Assembly (NCBI RefSeq): GCF_001194135.2
Contig: NC_068995.1
Coordinates: 4,758,959-4,822,958, forward strand
Length of the DNA stretch: 64,000 nucleotides
Origin: Octopus bimaculoides
Taxonomy: Eukaryota
Reading direction: 5' to 3'
Shown: one piece after another, positions 1 through 13,288 of the stretch
How positions within the stretch are numbered: position 1 is the stretch's first letter
How the letters are laid out: each line of letters starts with the position of its first letter
Program-made: the position numbers and the translations under genes
Notes under the pieces: generated by a model
The model's database searches: none
The model's input: only the letters and a program-made list of their open reading frames with translations
What the model was told of the DNA's origin: nothing

Positions 1-754
1 TTCTTCAGAAATAGAGGAACGTCCAAAAGAAGGGAAGACGGGGAAAGAAAATCACCAATGATACACACACATATATATATACATATATATATAATAATAC
101 AAAGAATATATATGCATGTATACCCACATATATGTACATACTTACATGTACATGTGCATATAGATGCATATCAAGGTACAGGATGTTAGAAAAATGAACT
201 ACAGACAACAGAACGAACACATAGGAAAACAGATAGCCACTTGGAATTATTCCTTCATCAGCTGCCTCTATTCTAACTAGGTGTTTCGAAGAGAGAGAGA
301 GAGATGAACATATTTGCATGTGTATTTATGTGTTTGTGTGCAAATGGTAACAACCTACATAGACATCCATTATTATACATGTAGGTATATAATATTGTTT
401 TGTCTTTTTTTTTTTTACAGTTAGAAATTTTCATTTAGTAAAGTAATTCTACGAGCAGAAAAGAAAGAAAAAAAAACCATTAGATGTATAAACAATTAAA
501 TCGTTGAGAGAAAAATACCCTGAACCACAGTGAGGAAACAATGAACGAAGGAAATGGTGGGGAAATTATGCAGCAGATGGGGTGGGGAGTAAGAGGTTGT
601 ACCTTACAAAGTAAGTTGCTTGTTCAGCCACACCTTGTGAACAAGATTGCAAAGGTGTAGTCATGGAGATTAGCCAGTTACACCATTTATATGGATTGCA
701 GAAGTGAATTATAGGTTGTAAACCTGGTGGACAGAATCTGTCTCAAAGCCTGTC

Positions 755-833
<79 letters not shown>

Positions 834-860
834 GAGGGTAGAAATTGATATTAATCAATT

Positions 861-1859
861 NNNNNNNNNNNNNNNNNNNNNNNNNNNNNNNNNNNNNNNN
901 NNNNNNNNNNNNNNNNNNNNNNNNNNNNNNNNNNNNNNNNNNNNNNNNNNNNNNNNNNNNNNNNNNNNNNNNNNNNNNNNNNNNNNNNNNNNNNNNNNNN
1001 NNNNNNNNNNNNNNNNNNNNNNNNNNNNNNNNNNNNNNNNNNNNNNNNNNNNNNNNNNNNNNNNNNNNNNNNNNNNNNNNNNNNNNNNNNNNNNNNNNNN
1101 NNNNNNNNNNNNNNNNNNNNNNNNNNNNNNNNNNNNNNNNNNNNNNNNNNNNNNNNNNNNNNNNNNNNNNNNNNNNNNNNNNNNNNNNNNNNNNNNNNNN
1201 NNNNNNNNNNNNNNNNNNNNNNNNNNNNNNNNNNNNNNNNNNNNNNNNNNNNNNNNNNNNNNNNNNNNNNNNNNNNNNNNNNNNNNNNNNNNNNNNNNNN
1301 NNNNNNNNNNNNNNNNNNNNNNNNNNNNNNNNNNNNNNNNNNNNNNNNNNNNNNNNNNNNNNNNNNNNNNNNNNNNNNNNNNNNNNNNNNNNNNNNNNNN
1401 NNNNNNNNNNNNNNNNNNNNNNNNNNNNNNNNNNNNNNNNNNNNNNNNNNNNNNNNNNNNNNNNNNNNNNNNNNNNNNNNNNNNNNNNNNNNNNNNNNNN
1501 NNNNNNNNNNNNNNNNNNNNNNNNNNNNNNNNNNNNNNNNNNNNNNNNNNNNNNNNNNNNNNNNNNNNNNNNNNNNNNNNNNNNNNNNNNNNNNNNNNNN
1601 NNNNNNNNNNNNNNNNNNNNNNNNNNNNNNNNNNNNNNNNNNNNNNNNNNNNNNNNNNNNNNNNNNNNNNNNNNNNNNNNNNNNNNNNNNNNNNNNNNNN
1701 NNNNNNNNNNNNNNNNNNNNNNNNNNNNNNNNNNNNNNNNNNNNNNNNNNNNNNNNNNNNNNNNNNNNNNNNNNNNNNNNNNNNNNNNNNNNNNNNNNNN
1801 NNNNNNNNNNNNNNNNNNNNNNNNNNNNNNNNNNNNNNNNNNNNNNNNNNNNNNNNNNN
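861..1859. other. Assembly gap (N run)
   Basis: The largest of many N runs. Others start near 2372, 9502, 14974, 33845, 35593, 51079, 54086, 56314, 57792 and 59391. Confidence 1.
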
Positions 1860-2150
1860 CAGCACATTTCCAAAGGTCTCGGTCAGTAGTCATCGCCTCG
1901 GTGAGGCCCAATGTACGAAGGTCTTGCCTCACCACCTCAGCCCAGGTCTTCCTGGGCCTACCTCTTCCACTGGTTCCCTCAACTGTTAGGGTGTGGCACT
2001 TTTTCACGCAGCTATCCTCATCCATTCTCACCACATGTCCATACCAGCGCAATCGTCTCTCTTGCACACCACAACTGATGCTTCTAATGTTCAGCTTTTC
2101 TCTCAAGATACTTACACTCTGACGGGTATTCACATTGACATTACACATCC
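1860..2150 (-). mobile_element. RTE-clade LINE 3' fragment
   Basis: Translation RRLRWYGHVVRMDEDSCVKKC...GRGRPRKTWAEVVRQDL...DRDLWK is a typical RTE ORF C-terminus. It is cut off by the gap. Confidence 0.85.
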
Positions 2151-2490
2151 AACGGAAAGCTCATCATTCCAGTCAGTTGTTTATACGCACAGCCAATGAG
2201 CTTCTTTTAGTTTCCATCTACCAATTCCACTCACAAGGCTCTGGTCAGCCCGAGGCTATAGTATACACTTGCCCAAGGTACCGTGCAGTGGAACTGAACC
2301 TGAAACCGTGTTGTTGAGAATACACACACACAAGCACACACACACACACACATATATACACCCATACATCANNNNNNNNNNNNNNNNNNNNNNNNNNNNN
2401 NNNNNNNNNNNNNNNNNNNNNNNNNNNNNNNNNNNNNNNNNNNNNNNNNNNNNNNNNNNNNNNNNNNNNNNTATATATATATATATATAT

Positions 2491-2673
2491 ATGAATACAC
2501 ACACATGCACAGCTTTACTCATATTTACATACATAAATGTGCATCCATACACATGTATATATATGCATACACATATATATGTATGTGTGTGTACATTTGT
2601 ATATATATATATATGTGTGTGTGTACGTTTCCATCTATATATGTATACATATATATGTATATGTATGTATGTG

Positions 2674-2713
<40 letters not shown>

Positions 2714-2889
2714 CACACACATGCACAGCTATACTCATATATACATACATAAATGTGCATCCATACACATGTATATATATGCATACACATACATATGTAT
2801 GGGTGTGTACATTTGTATATATATATGTGTATGTGTGTACGTTTGCATCTATATATGTACACATATATATGTATGTATGTATGTATGTG

Positions 2890-2957
<68 letters not shown>
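2491..2957. repeat. Tandem duplication (about 216-bp unit) of a cryptic TA/CA microsatellite followed by (TA)n
   Basis: atacacacacatgcacagct(t/a)tactcata...gtgcatccatacacatg occurs at about 2495 and about 2711. Confidence 0.85.
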
Positions 2958-2961
<4 letters not shown>

Positions 2962-4655
2962 CCAACTAGATGTGGCTGTCCCACAGAGGACAATGTTACT
3001 GTTGCTTTTAGATGTTACAAAAGTAACATCATCATCTATGGGACCACCACATTTAGTTGGCAAATATATTTTATGATTCCCTACCGTTACTGTTTACCCC
3101 TTGCACAGAGGTTTAATATATATATAAATTTGATTAGATGCTGTGTTAACCTCATGAAGGGGTGGTTTTCATCCAAGGATGAATGTATATGTGTGGATGG
3201 ATGTATATGTGTGTGTGAAGGTGTGTAGCTTTGTGGTTAGGGCATTCAGCTCACGATCATAAGGTTCTGAGTTCAATACCGGCGGCACGTTGTGTCCTTG
3301 AGCAAGACACTTCATTTCACATTGCTCCAGTCCACTCAGGTGGCAAAAATGAGTTGTACCTGTAATTCAAAAGGGCCAGCCTTGTCACACTCTGTGTCAT
3401 GCTGAATATCCCCGAGAACTACGTTAAGGGTACATGTGACTGTGGAGTGCTCAGCCACTTGCAGATTAATTTCATGAGCAAGCTGTTCCATTGATCGTAT
3501 CAGCTGGGACCCTCCTTATGTATGAGTATATGCATGTGTCTCTGTGTATGTATATGGACGTATGGATACATATGTGTGTGTATATGTATACATGTGTGCT
3601 TGCATACATACAAATTTTCATAACTTTATTTCTACCTTATAAACGAACATTCCATTCCTTTATCAACCATAAACTCACCTTATTTATATTTAAATTTCTT
3701 CTATTATCTCCATTTAATTTATTCATTTATTCTTGTAATTCTATTTACCTACTCTACCTTATCTCCAATCAACCTGTAAACCCCTCACCCAAACACATTA
3801 CAATACAAATCTTAAACCGTATCATTCAATCTGCTATAATGAGCCTATAAACACATACAAGACATTCAAGGATATATTTTTACGGTCTGAAAATATTATA
3901 CTCAGGTCTTATAAACAAAAATTTAATATTTACTGAGTAATAATTGAAACAGCTATAAATGAAGATGATTAATTTGTTATTAATAATAAACAATTATTAA
4001 CTTCCCAATCTCTATTTTCCTTTTCTTCTCTTATATATATATATATTTATATATACAGACACACTTGTTTCAGTCATTGGAATGTGGCCATGCTGGAGCA
4101 GCACCTTGATTGGTTTTAGTCGAATGAATTGACCCAAGTACTAATTTTTTTCAAAAACCTGAAAATTATTCAATCAATTTCTTTTCGCAAACCCCTAGGT
4201 TACTGAGAGGTAGACATACTGTATGTGTGTGTATGGGGCCGTGTTTGTCCAACCACCACCACCCTAAAAACCAGTATTGGTGAAACAAGTAAAATAAAAT
4301 GTGGTGTGCTTATTAATATTTTCATATATTTACACACATACGTAAGTTATACATTAAATATCATACATGTATTTATGAGCGTGTATATATATTTATGTGT
4401 GTGTATAAATATTTATACACACACACACACACAAGAGTGTGCCCTATAGTATTTATCTATTGACAGCAAGTTAGAGCATAAATAGATCCGAATTAGGCAT
4501 CTAGAACTGTGGGGTCACAGGGTAACTGCCCAAAGGGCCCCTGCCTTTAGACAGGATGGAAAAAGAGTACTCAAATACCAGAAGTAGAGTAATGTACTTT
4601 ATTAAAAGCAGCAGAAATATAAATATAGGTAAAGCATGGAGGTGTGATTGTAAAA

Positions 4656-4727
<72 letters not shown>

Positions 4728-5380
4728 AATTGTATATTTACTCAATTTCCCAAAATAAAAGGGAGTTACACCACAGTCATTTTCTGATCTTTGCTACCCT
4801 GGCATCTATTAACCAATTTATTTTGTCAGAGTTAATTATTAACTAAGAGAAAATAAATACATATAATAAAATATAGATAGATAGATAGACAGATAGATAG
4901 ATAATATAATATAATATAATATATATATATATCTATATCTATATATATATATATATATAGATATAGATATATATATATATATATAATATAATATAATATA
5001 TATAAACCCATGCTAGCATGGAAAGCGGACGTTAAACGATGATGATGATGATATATATATAAATATATATATAATATAATATAATATATATATACACACA
5101 CATATGTGCTTGTGTGTAAGTGTGTGTATATATATTTATATATAACGCAGAGATATAAGATGCATATTTTATATTAGTCATATACAATCGTTATACCAAA
5201 CTGTCAATAGTAACGATTCTTTGGTGATTATATAGCTATTCATTGTCATTCCGTTTAATTTATCTCCATAATTCTTTGTTTTTATAATCATCCAACTAAA
5301 TACACAGCCTATATTAATCCTACACACACTAAAAATTATATATCAATTAAAGAAACGGGATAATTATACGTCAAACTTAC

Positions 5381-5495
5381 CGTACATTCATCTTCGTTCG
5401 TGAGAATCTATTCAGAATTATACATGAATCGTCTGGTACAGGTGCTTTGTTATGCGGTGTAGCAGGAAAAGCTGTCTCTACTATAAAAATCGAAT
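5381..5495 (-). other. Exon of a spliced minus-strand transcript (5' UTR, coding or lncRNA unresolved)
   Basis: Acceptor tttttag| at 5496 and donor |GTAAG at 5380. The junction to the 6466-6532 exon is reproduced exactly at 15052/15053. The exon ends ATG AAT GTA CG, a possible start (MNV). Confidence 0.75.
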
Positions 5496-6465
5496 CTAAA
5501 AATTTAAAAAAATCTCTAGTTGAATTTATTTTATTAATCAATAATCGGTCTTTACTTGGCAATTTAACTCAAGGATCGTGGATTTCGAGTGTTAGCACTT
5601 ACGAAAACTATAATTAAATTTAATAATCACCCACAAGTTTACGTTTTTTAAGCAGTTCGTTTTTTCATTCTCCATATTAATTATATAACAAATACATTAT
5701 CTTATTAATATATCATTTTAGCTATTTTCTTTATCACTAACCATCCAGTGATATGGGCGATTACTTATTTACCCAGGAGAGAGATGCAATTACTCATTCG
5801 ATGTATTCGACTTTATTTATCTATTGGGTAGTTAAGGGTTCGGGGTCATTCCAGATCTAATCTTCCACGTTTCATCGTGCGTGTGTAGGCGCAGGTGTCG
5901 CAGTGTTGTAAGAAGTTGCTTTCTAACCAACATGGTTCTGGATTCAAGCCCACCGCGTGGCACAGTGGGCAAATGTCATCTTCTGTAGCCTCGGGACGAC
6001 AAAAGCCTTCTGAGTGGATTTGGTACACGGAGGCTGAAAGAAACCCGTCGTATATATGTAGCGTCGGCGTCCCTAATTGTAGCATGTTTTAGCGTAGGGG
6101 TCACCAATTGTAACAATGTGATTACCAGAATGTAACATGCGTGATGTTGAAGAAAAGAAAGTTGATGTGAATGTGTGTGTGTGTGTTTTTTTGTTGTTTT
6201 CCTATGTTGAAGAATAAGGACATTGGTCGGAAGTTGTAGATAACATATTTTATTTACCGTTACTTAATATGTATAGCCACACCACGACGAGCAGGCGTGT
6301 ATAATATAATCGAGAGTTAATTTTTCCTTGTATAAAGTGTGTATTAATGTTCCTGTCATTGTAGTGGTAAGAAAGAGATAGACAAAATGATGTTTGTTAG
6401 AAAGGAAATGAGCTATTGAGAAAGTGAAAGACAGTAGAGGGAGTTGTATCATAGCGTTTGCTTAC

Positions 6466-6532
6466 CCTCTTGCTCTGGCCGTCTGTCTCTTGTGGTTTGC
6501 TTAGAGATACTTGTATTTATTAGAATGCAGAC
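6466..6532 (-). other. Upstream exon (67 nt) of the same minus-strand transcript
   Basis: Acceptor ttttctggcag| and donor |GTAAGC. An identical copy sits at 15053-15119, joined to the downstream exon with the 970-nt GT-AG intron (5496-6465) absent. Confidence 0.8.
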
Positions 6533-9500
6533 CTGCCAGAAAAAGAGATGGATAAATTAATGTAGGTCACTTCAACTTATCGTGGGACAGGAAAGTTTAT
6601 CAGTCAAGTGGAAAACACATAAATCTGCGTTCTTCTTTAGACTGAACAATAGGCCATATGGCTAGGGAGAATTTCTAGATTCGATTTCAAATCTTAGGTA
6701 GAGCCAAACGAGGTCTCTACACATATGTGGGTGGGTGGGTGTGTATGCATATATATGTATATATGTTACCGAAATGAGAGGGCCAATCCACATTCCATAT
6801 CTTGTTTCTTTTTTCTTCCTTTTCAAAAACAAATTCTAAATTTTAATTCATCAAAAGAAAATCTTTTTCTCATAGAGTAATCAGATCATTCATCAATTAA
6901 AAAAAATGCGTCTGAAACAGCTGTTGTGAACCTTAACCCATTTTTGTTATTTGTGTGTGTGTAATGAATCACTTCCAAGATCCTTAGTTGAGATTCGAAA
7001 CCAACTCTAAATCTTCCTACAACTTCCTCTCTATCGTTCTCGATATAAGTGCTTAGAAATTTACGAGTGTCAGTTTTCAAATATAGATAAGTTCTCTTCT
7101 TTAACAGACAGTTTCAAGTCAAACTTTCTGTCAAGGCAAATAACAGACGGAAAAATCTTTTGTTTAGCCTGACCTCATTCTGTTAGGAGAAAATATAAAT
7201 ACAGAACCAAAGTTACGTTCTTCATCCTTTCGTTTGGCGCCGGTAAAAGAAGCACCTTCTGCGAAGGGCTACACAACTTTTATACTTTCTATTTGTCAAT
7301 ACAGAGAGGTAAGGTTCTTTTACCCTTTCTCTCTCTCCTTTCAGCCGTTCCCCTAGGAGTCAAAAAGAAGATGAACTTAACTACTTACAAAATGAATAAC
7401 AGAACTGCAAATAATGTGTACAACAATAACTTGAAGAAGCTGTATGTTACATTGTAACAAAATAAAAGTCATATTAACTATAAATATTTTGCCTCTCATT
7501 TATTTCACACATGCATACACACACACACTTATATATGCATGCGTGCATAAGAGTTGGTTTGAGGGTTGAAAATGTACCTGACTCTTTACAATGAATCGTA
7601 CTGGTTTCAACATTTCTTCTTTTCAGTGGTAGATGACAAAAAGTTTAAAAGAAAGTGAAGGTGTGAGAGAAAAAAAATGGTAAAACATGCTTAATATATC
7701 AAATGTTTATAAAAATTTCAGTATTCTATAAATTTCACAGTAACAGAAATTAATAAAAGTTGTACATTTAGGTATCAGGAACTTCTTCAGCACAATTCTA
7801 ATTAAATAAGGAAAGTTTGTTTATTAAGTAATATAAACCACTGCGGGAAACGTTATAACAACACAACAGAATGAGAAAACTCAGTTTATTCAACCCAATT
7901 AAAAACGACCAAGAACTAACATTAGTAATAAGATGCCTAAACTCTCTTCTGTATTGTTTTCTTTTTTTTCTGTTTACTTGTTTCAGTCATTTAACTGTGG
8001 CCATGCTGGAGCCTTGAAGGGTTTCGGTCAAACAAATCGACCCTGGGACTTCTTTTTTTAAAAGCCTAGTACTTATTTTATTTGTTTATCTCTCTATCTC
8101 TGTTTGTCTGTCTCTCTCTCTATATATATATATGTACTCAGTTATGCAATGGGTGAAATAGCCTCCATATAAGCTAGTTTTTTTTCTACAGAAGTAGCAC
8201 CACACTGATGTACTGTTTTATTCACATCAAATTCCCCCACCCCACTCTTTCAGGAATAAATATGGATAGTGACTGACTTATACCTTGGACAAGAAGACAG
8301 GTGAGAGGGTAGACCCCCTATTATAATGACTAACACCACCAATATCACAGGCAACACTAACAACAACACCATGAAAACCAACAAAACTACCACCATCACC
8401 ACTAGCACCTCTACCAGCACACCAACAACAACAACAGCAGTAACAACAATAAACATCATTACCAACAACAACATAAGGAATATCAACAATAACAACTCTA
8501 ATAATATGACCACCACCACCACCAACAACAACAATAGCAAAAAAAAAAGCTACACTATCAACGCCACAGACATCAATAAATAGATTTATTAGCACACCAG
8601 GCAAAATGAAGTACCAGTTGCGTACTGGGGTTGATCTAATCAACTGGACCCCTTTCCAAAAATGTTGAGCCTTGTGCCTAGAGTAGAAAAAAATAAATAG
8701 ATTTTTAAAAATAACGTTGATCTCCATCTTTAGCACACTGAGTATATGCTGAACAGTATTTCTTTTGTCATTACGTTCCGAGTTCAAATTCCGCCAAGGT
8801 CAACTTTGCCTTTTGGCCTTTCGGGGTCGATAAAATAAGAAGCAGTCGAGCATTGAGATTGGTGTCATTGACTTACTCTCTTCCTTGAACTTGCTGATCT
8901 TGTGCAAAATCTTAAAACCGATATAGATCTCCATATGTCACAGTCAAATCATGATATGTCTCAAATATAACATATCAATTCCTTCTTTGTAAAGGGTAAA
9001 ATGGTGAACTGGATATTTGATCAGCATTTACTTCACAATCTTTGAAAGGATTGCATCATTTGATAGTAAAAGTGTAAACAACACAAAATAGCGGAGACTT
9101 GGTGGTATAGTTCTTTGCAACTGCATTCGTCGGGTGCTGTCTGCTGTAGTTTCGTGTTAAAGAAAGAATTCTGAGTGGAATTTGGTAGTGAAATGGAAGC
9201 TAGTTACATGTTTGTGTGTGTGTGTGTATGAACTGGTATGTCAAGTCGCATGACTCAATAAAATAAGTGCCATGCAAAAGTTAGTATTTAGGCGGGTTCG
9301 AAAAAAATCACTTGGAGGCATTTTCCCTGCTCGGCTGTAATCCAGTGAATGAATCCGGTAAAGGATTCTCTTCTTTTATAATTCTAATCACATCTAGAAT
9401 GCAATATAGAGGTGATTCTTAACTCAGAGAAACTGATTTGGCACAAGTTTTCTACACAGACATAGTTCTGCATGCTAACAAAAAATCTCACCGGGGGGGG

Positions 9501-11209
9501 GNNNNNNNNNNNNNNNNNNNNNNNNNNNNNNNNNNNNNNNNGGGGGGGGGGGGAATTAATCACTGTTACTAATTTAAGAACAAAGTTAACAATTCTGATG
9601 AGATGGGTTAACCGATTACACCGATCTCAGTACTTGACTGGGACTTTATTTAACCAACCTCAGAAATGTGAAAGGTGGTTTGTGTTGTATTTCCTTCGGA
9701 AGACTCCCAGAGAAAACACGAGTTATATAAATTTAATTATTACATTTATTATTCAATTACATACAAAGAACGCACTCACCCAATGTTCGTTATGAATAAA
9801 CAAAAGTCATGTCCGCCATACATATATCAATGACATTTTACTACGACAGTCACACAAAACAACAACAATGAAACAATGAACTCAGACGAAGCACAGTGAC
9901 ACACGGAATGTCAGACGAATTACATATCTAACAGTCCATATAACAGGTTGACATGCAGTTTATGGCAGTGAATAATAATAAATAAATGCGCCCTTTTAAA
10001 GCCTAGCCAGGCTCATGGGCCCGGTTTCTATGGTGTATTTGTTCCCCAGCTGGACGGGATGCCAGTCCATCGCAGCGTTACTCATTTTTGCCAGCTGAGT
10101 TGACCGGAGCAATGTGAAATGAAGTGTTTTGCTCAAGAACACAACGCGTCGCCCAGTCCAGGATTCGAAAACACACTCTTACGATCATGATGCTGACACC
10201 CTAACCACTCAGCCACGCGCCTCCACTACGGCAGTGAATAGCGAAAGTAAATTGTCCTAAAAATAACAGAATTCTATTGCAACAGAAACTGAAATTGACA
10301 ACTGTGGTATCCCTTAATTTCATGCGAACAATGTATGTGACATAAGCAATGTATAGAACGAATATATATTTTCATTTCTTTATTGTCCATAGGGGGCTAA
10401 CCATAGAGGGGACAAACAAGGACAGACAAAGGGATTAAATTGATTACATTGACCCTAGTGTGTAACTGGTACTTATTTAATTGATCCCGGAAGGATGAAA
10501 GGCAAAGTCGACCTAAGCGAAATTTGAACTCTGAACATAATGGCAGACGATTTACCACTAAGCATTTCGCTCAGCATGCTAACATTTCAGCTAGCTTGAC
10601 GAATATATATATATTGAATATAACATGAAAAACTTACATATATTTTATATAAGATGAAAACAATCATACAACTCAATAATGTTCATTGCTGGGTGTAGTA
10701 CAAGGAAATGGTGTACCTCAGCTACTATTTCTGAAATACTTAACATATCACAAGAAGGATACTAAACTTGGTGCCTGTGGCCATTGCATAATGAGGGAGC
10801 TTTTTTGTGTATTTTATGAAATTTACTTTCACTTTTTCAACAATTTACTCTCCCCTTTTTTTTTTCACCATAATCACTTCAATGTTAATATAAAATAGAA
10901 CATCAAAAATCACTAGAGCAGAAATAATCGACTCTCTTGTCCCCTGTCTCCTGTCACCATGTTTGCATGTGTAACACAGTAGGAGATCGATAACCAAATA
11001 ACAAGCATGGATGTCATCTAATATCTATGACTTATTTCTCTAATGGAGGTTCTTTTCACTTTAAAAGATAAGATAAATAACAAGCGTCAATGGATAATTG
11101 ATTTCACGAGAAAATAAATACGTCCATGGATCGATAAAACACGAGGTAGGTTGGGTTGGTTTGGAGAAAAAAAAATTAAATTAAAGTAATCCTTCGGTAT
11201 TGGTATACA

Positions 11210-11428
11210 AAGGTGGCGAGCTGGCGAAAACGTTAGCATGCCAGCCAAAATGCGTACCGGGATTTCGTCTGTCTTTATGTTCTGAGTTCAAATTCCTCCG
11301 AGGTTAACTTTGCTTTTTATCCTTTTGGGGTGGATAAATTAAGTACCAGTTGCGTACTGGAAACGATCTAATTGACTGACCCCTTCCCCAAAGATTTCAG
11401 GCCTAGTACCTAGAGCAGAAAATATTAA
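11210..11428 (+). mobile_element. tRNA-derived SINE family A (GGCGAGCTGGC...GAGTTCAAATTCC...GTCGAC...AAGTACCAGTT)
   Basis: Pol III B-box-like GAGTTCAAATTCC. Other copies at about 8600-8920(+), 10385-10600(-), 21300-21400(+), 27220-27426(+), 27760-27880(+), 40990-41110(-), 41150-41300(+), 45130-45340(-), 50760-50960(+), 51870-52030(+) and 55070-55260(-). Confidence 0.85.
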
Positions 11429-11512
11429 TAGACAACGTCGTTAATCCTCTTTTTCAGCCTAACCTCTTTATTTACGTCAGGAGAGAACGTTGTGTGCGTG
11501 AACGACGTGATA

Positions 11513-11817
11513 CGGTACGAGTCCAAAATATCGGCCTTTTCCGTAAAAAGTGTCTTCGGCGATCTTTACCAAAGATCGGCCTTTTCCGTAACACCCGCAC
11601 GATCTTCATTACGGTGTTAGGGTTAGTAGGGTTTTAATGTCAGGGTTAGGGTTAGGGACGGAACTCCCTAACCGATCGCGCTTTCTGTATCTCTTTCGCT
11701 TTTAATGACATTGTTTCTCTGTTTCTCTCCATCACTTATTACGGAAAAGGCCGATCTTTGGTAAAGATCGCCCTAGACAATTTTTACGGAAAAGGCCGAT
11801 ATTTTTGACTCGTACCG
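11513..11817. mobile_element. MITE with about 70-bp TIRs, TA-flanked, internal TTAGGG motifs
   Basis: CGGTACGAGTCCAAAATATCGGCCTTTTCCGTAA... is inverted at both ends, and the TIR has an internal GATCGGCCTTTTCCGTAA repeat. Confidence 0.85.
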
Positions 11818-12789
11818 TAATATCAAAAAAAATATTCTAAGGGGAACAACTTAGTCTCTCTTATTAATTCAATCTTCGGCATTTGGTTTTGTGGATAAAA
11901 AAGATGCTATCTTTATAAATATAATTCTTATTTTCATAAAATTTTTAAATAGTTATTTGAAACTAGTTTATCTATAGTAAATTAAATATTATTTTTATAG
12001 ATTAAGCATTTTTTGGTTTCAAATTTTCAGTTCTTTAAATTCGAAGTTTTTGCTAAATTCTAAGCCCATCATTGATGGCCAATTTTTACAATAGAATGTC
12101 TTATATAATTTTTTGTTTATTCCACGTCAGACCATGCCTTCCCCGACAGATAGGCCTTTTGAACAGGATAAATTTGTGCAATTTTTCGCAAAATAAAACT
12201 TCGTTGAGGTGTTTTTTCCTTTTAAAATCATTTACATGTCTGTTCGACCGATTCATATGACTTTATTCACTAGAATTTATTAAAACTTCAGAAGTTCTTA
12301 CAACTTTGGTCGTCGTAATGCTTAGCTTTCGTTTATTTAATAAAAATTCCCCTTCCTAATGATTTTGCATCCATTCTGTGATAGCTATCATGCAGAAAAT
12401 GCCAGCTTTCAAATCCTGTTTTGTGATTAGGTAAAATTGATTAAACTTTAAACCTCAATAACATTTTAGTGCAATTTTTCGGGAACAAATAACTAACAAA
12501 ATCGGATTTAATGTGGAAAATAATTTCAATACACCAAATTTGAAAATTTTGACGTAATTTTAAAATTTCACAGTATGTGACAGCAACAGGAAAGACCTTA
12601 AAATATAGACAGTTATAGGGACGTTATACACACACACACGCGCCGAAGGAGATAATCTATTAGTGACATCAGATCTTATGAATAAGATGAAAACGACCTG
12701 TTGTCTCTAAAGTGTCCAAAATTTGATAAAATTGTTCTCAGAAGGGATATAAAGAATTTTGTTTTTAATAACTCATTCTTGAATTGCCC

Positions 12790-13103
12790 CCTTTCTCTAT
12801 TGGGGTACTAAACATTGTGTACAAAAGGTATAAAAATTCGGTACAACCCTACGCATGTCCTACGTTGGGAATCACGGGTTTAAGGTTAGGGTCTGGGGTT
12901 AGGGCTATGCAGGTGCGCCGGGACATCTGTATTTAAGTAGTACCAAATTTCTACGTGTTTTTCCTCATAAGAACTCCGAAAAACGTGAAACGTGGAGAAA
13001 TTGGGTGAGATGGGGGTATAATTGAAATTTTGAAATGTCGATTTTTGCCAAGGGTATCGGGTGGTGTCGAGTTGGAGAAAAAGAGGTACCCCAATAGAAA
13101 GTT
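12790..13103. mobile_element. Non-autonomous DNA-transposon remnant with short inverted ends and TTAGGG-like core
   Basis: ctattggggtac ... gtaccccaatag inverted ends, with an internal ggtacta...tagtacc pair. No TSD was found. Confidence 0.45.
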
Positions 13104-13147
13104 TAAACATTTACGTGTTCAAATAGGTAAGCAATATAGATTTTGAA

Positions 13148-13288
13148 GGTACTACTAAAGCAGCACGGTCCCGAACGCGCAGTCGCGCGTCCGCGCTAGC
13201 TAGTCGTGAGTGGTCGATCCTAACCCTAACCCTAAACACGTATTCATTTGCACACGCGCGTTCGGGCCCGTGCTGCTTTAGTAGTACC
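13148..13288. mobile_element. Merlin-type MITE, 141 bp, 33-bp TIR, 9-bp TSD GATTTTGAA
   Basis: TIR GGTACTACTAAAGCAGCACGG(T/G)CCCGAACGCGC. TSD at 13139-13147 and 13289-13297. Confidence 0.9.

Noticed and set aside
200-730. Possible downstream exons of the minus-strand transcript (about 607-723 and 200-276)
   Set aside because: The phases do not chain with the 5381 donor and the peptides are unrecognisable. There is no independent support.
727-1989. Long ORFs of 200-440 aa here and at 51035-51748, 53766-54485 and 59014-59817
   Set aside because: They are artefacts of translating N runs.
2256-3228. YI/HT/CV-rich ORFs, and poly-T/V/H/N/ER ORFs at 8250-8583, 49610-50156, 60362-60626 and 61168-63456
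   Set aside because: They are translations of di- and trinucleotide microsatellites.
7230-7450. E2F-like TTTGGCGC plus an apparent + strand mini-intron GTAAGG...TTTCAG
   Set aside because: The intron would be only 36 nt, there is no recognisable peptide and there are no partner exons.
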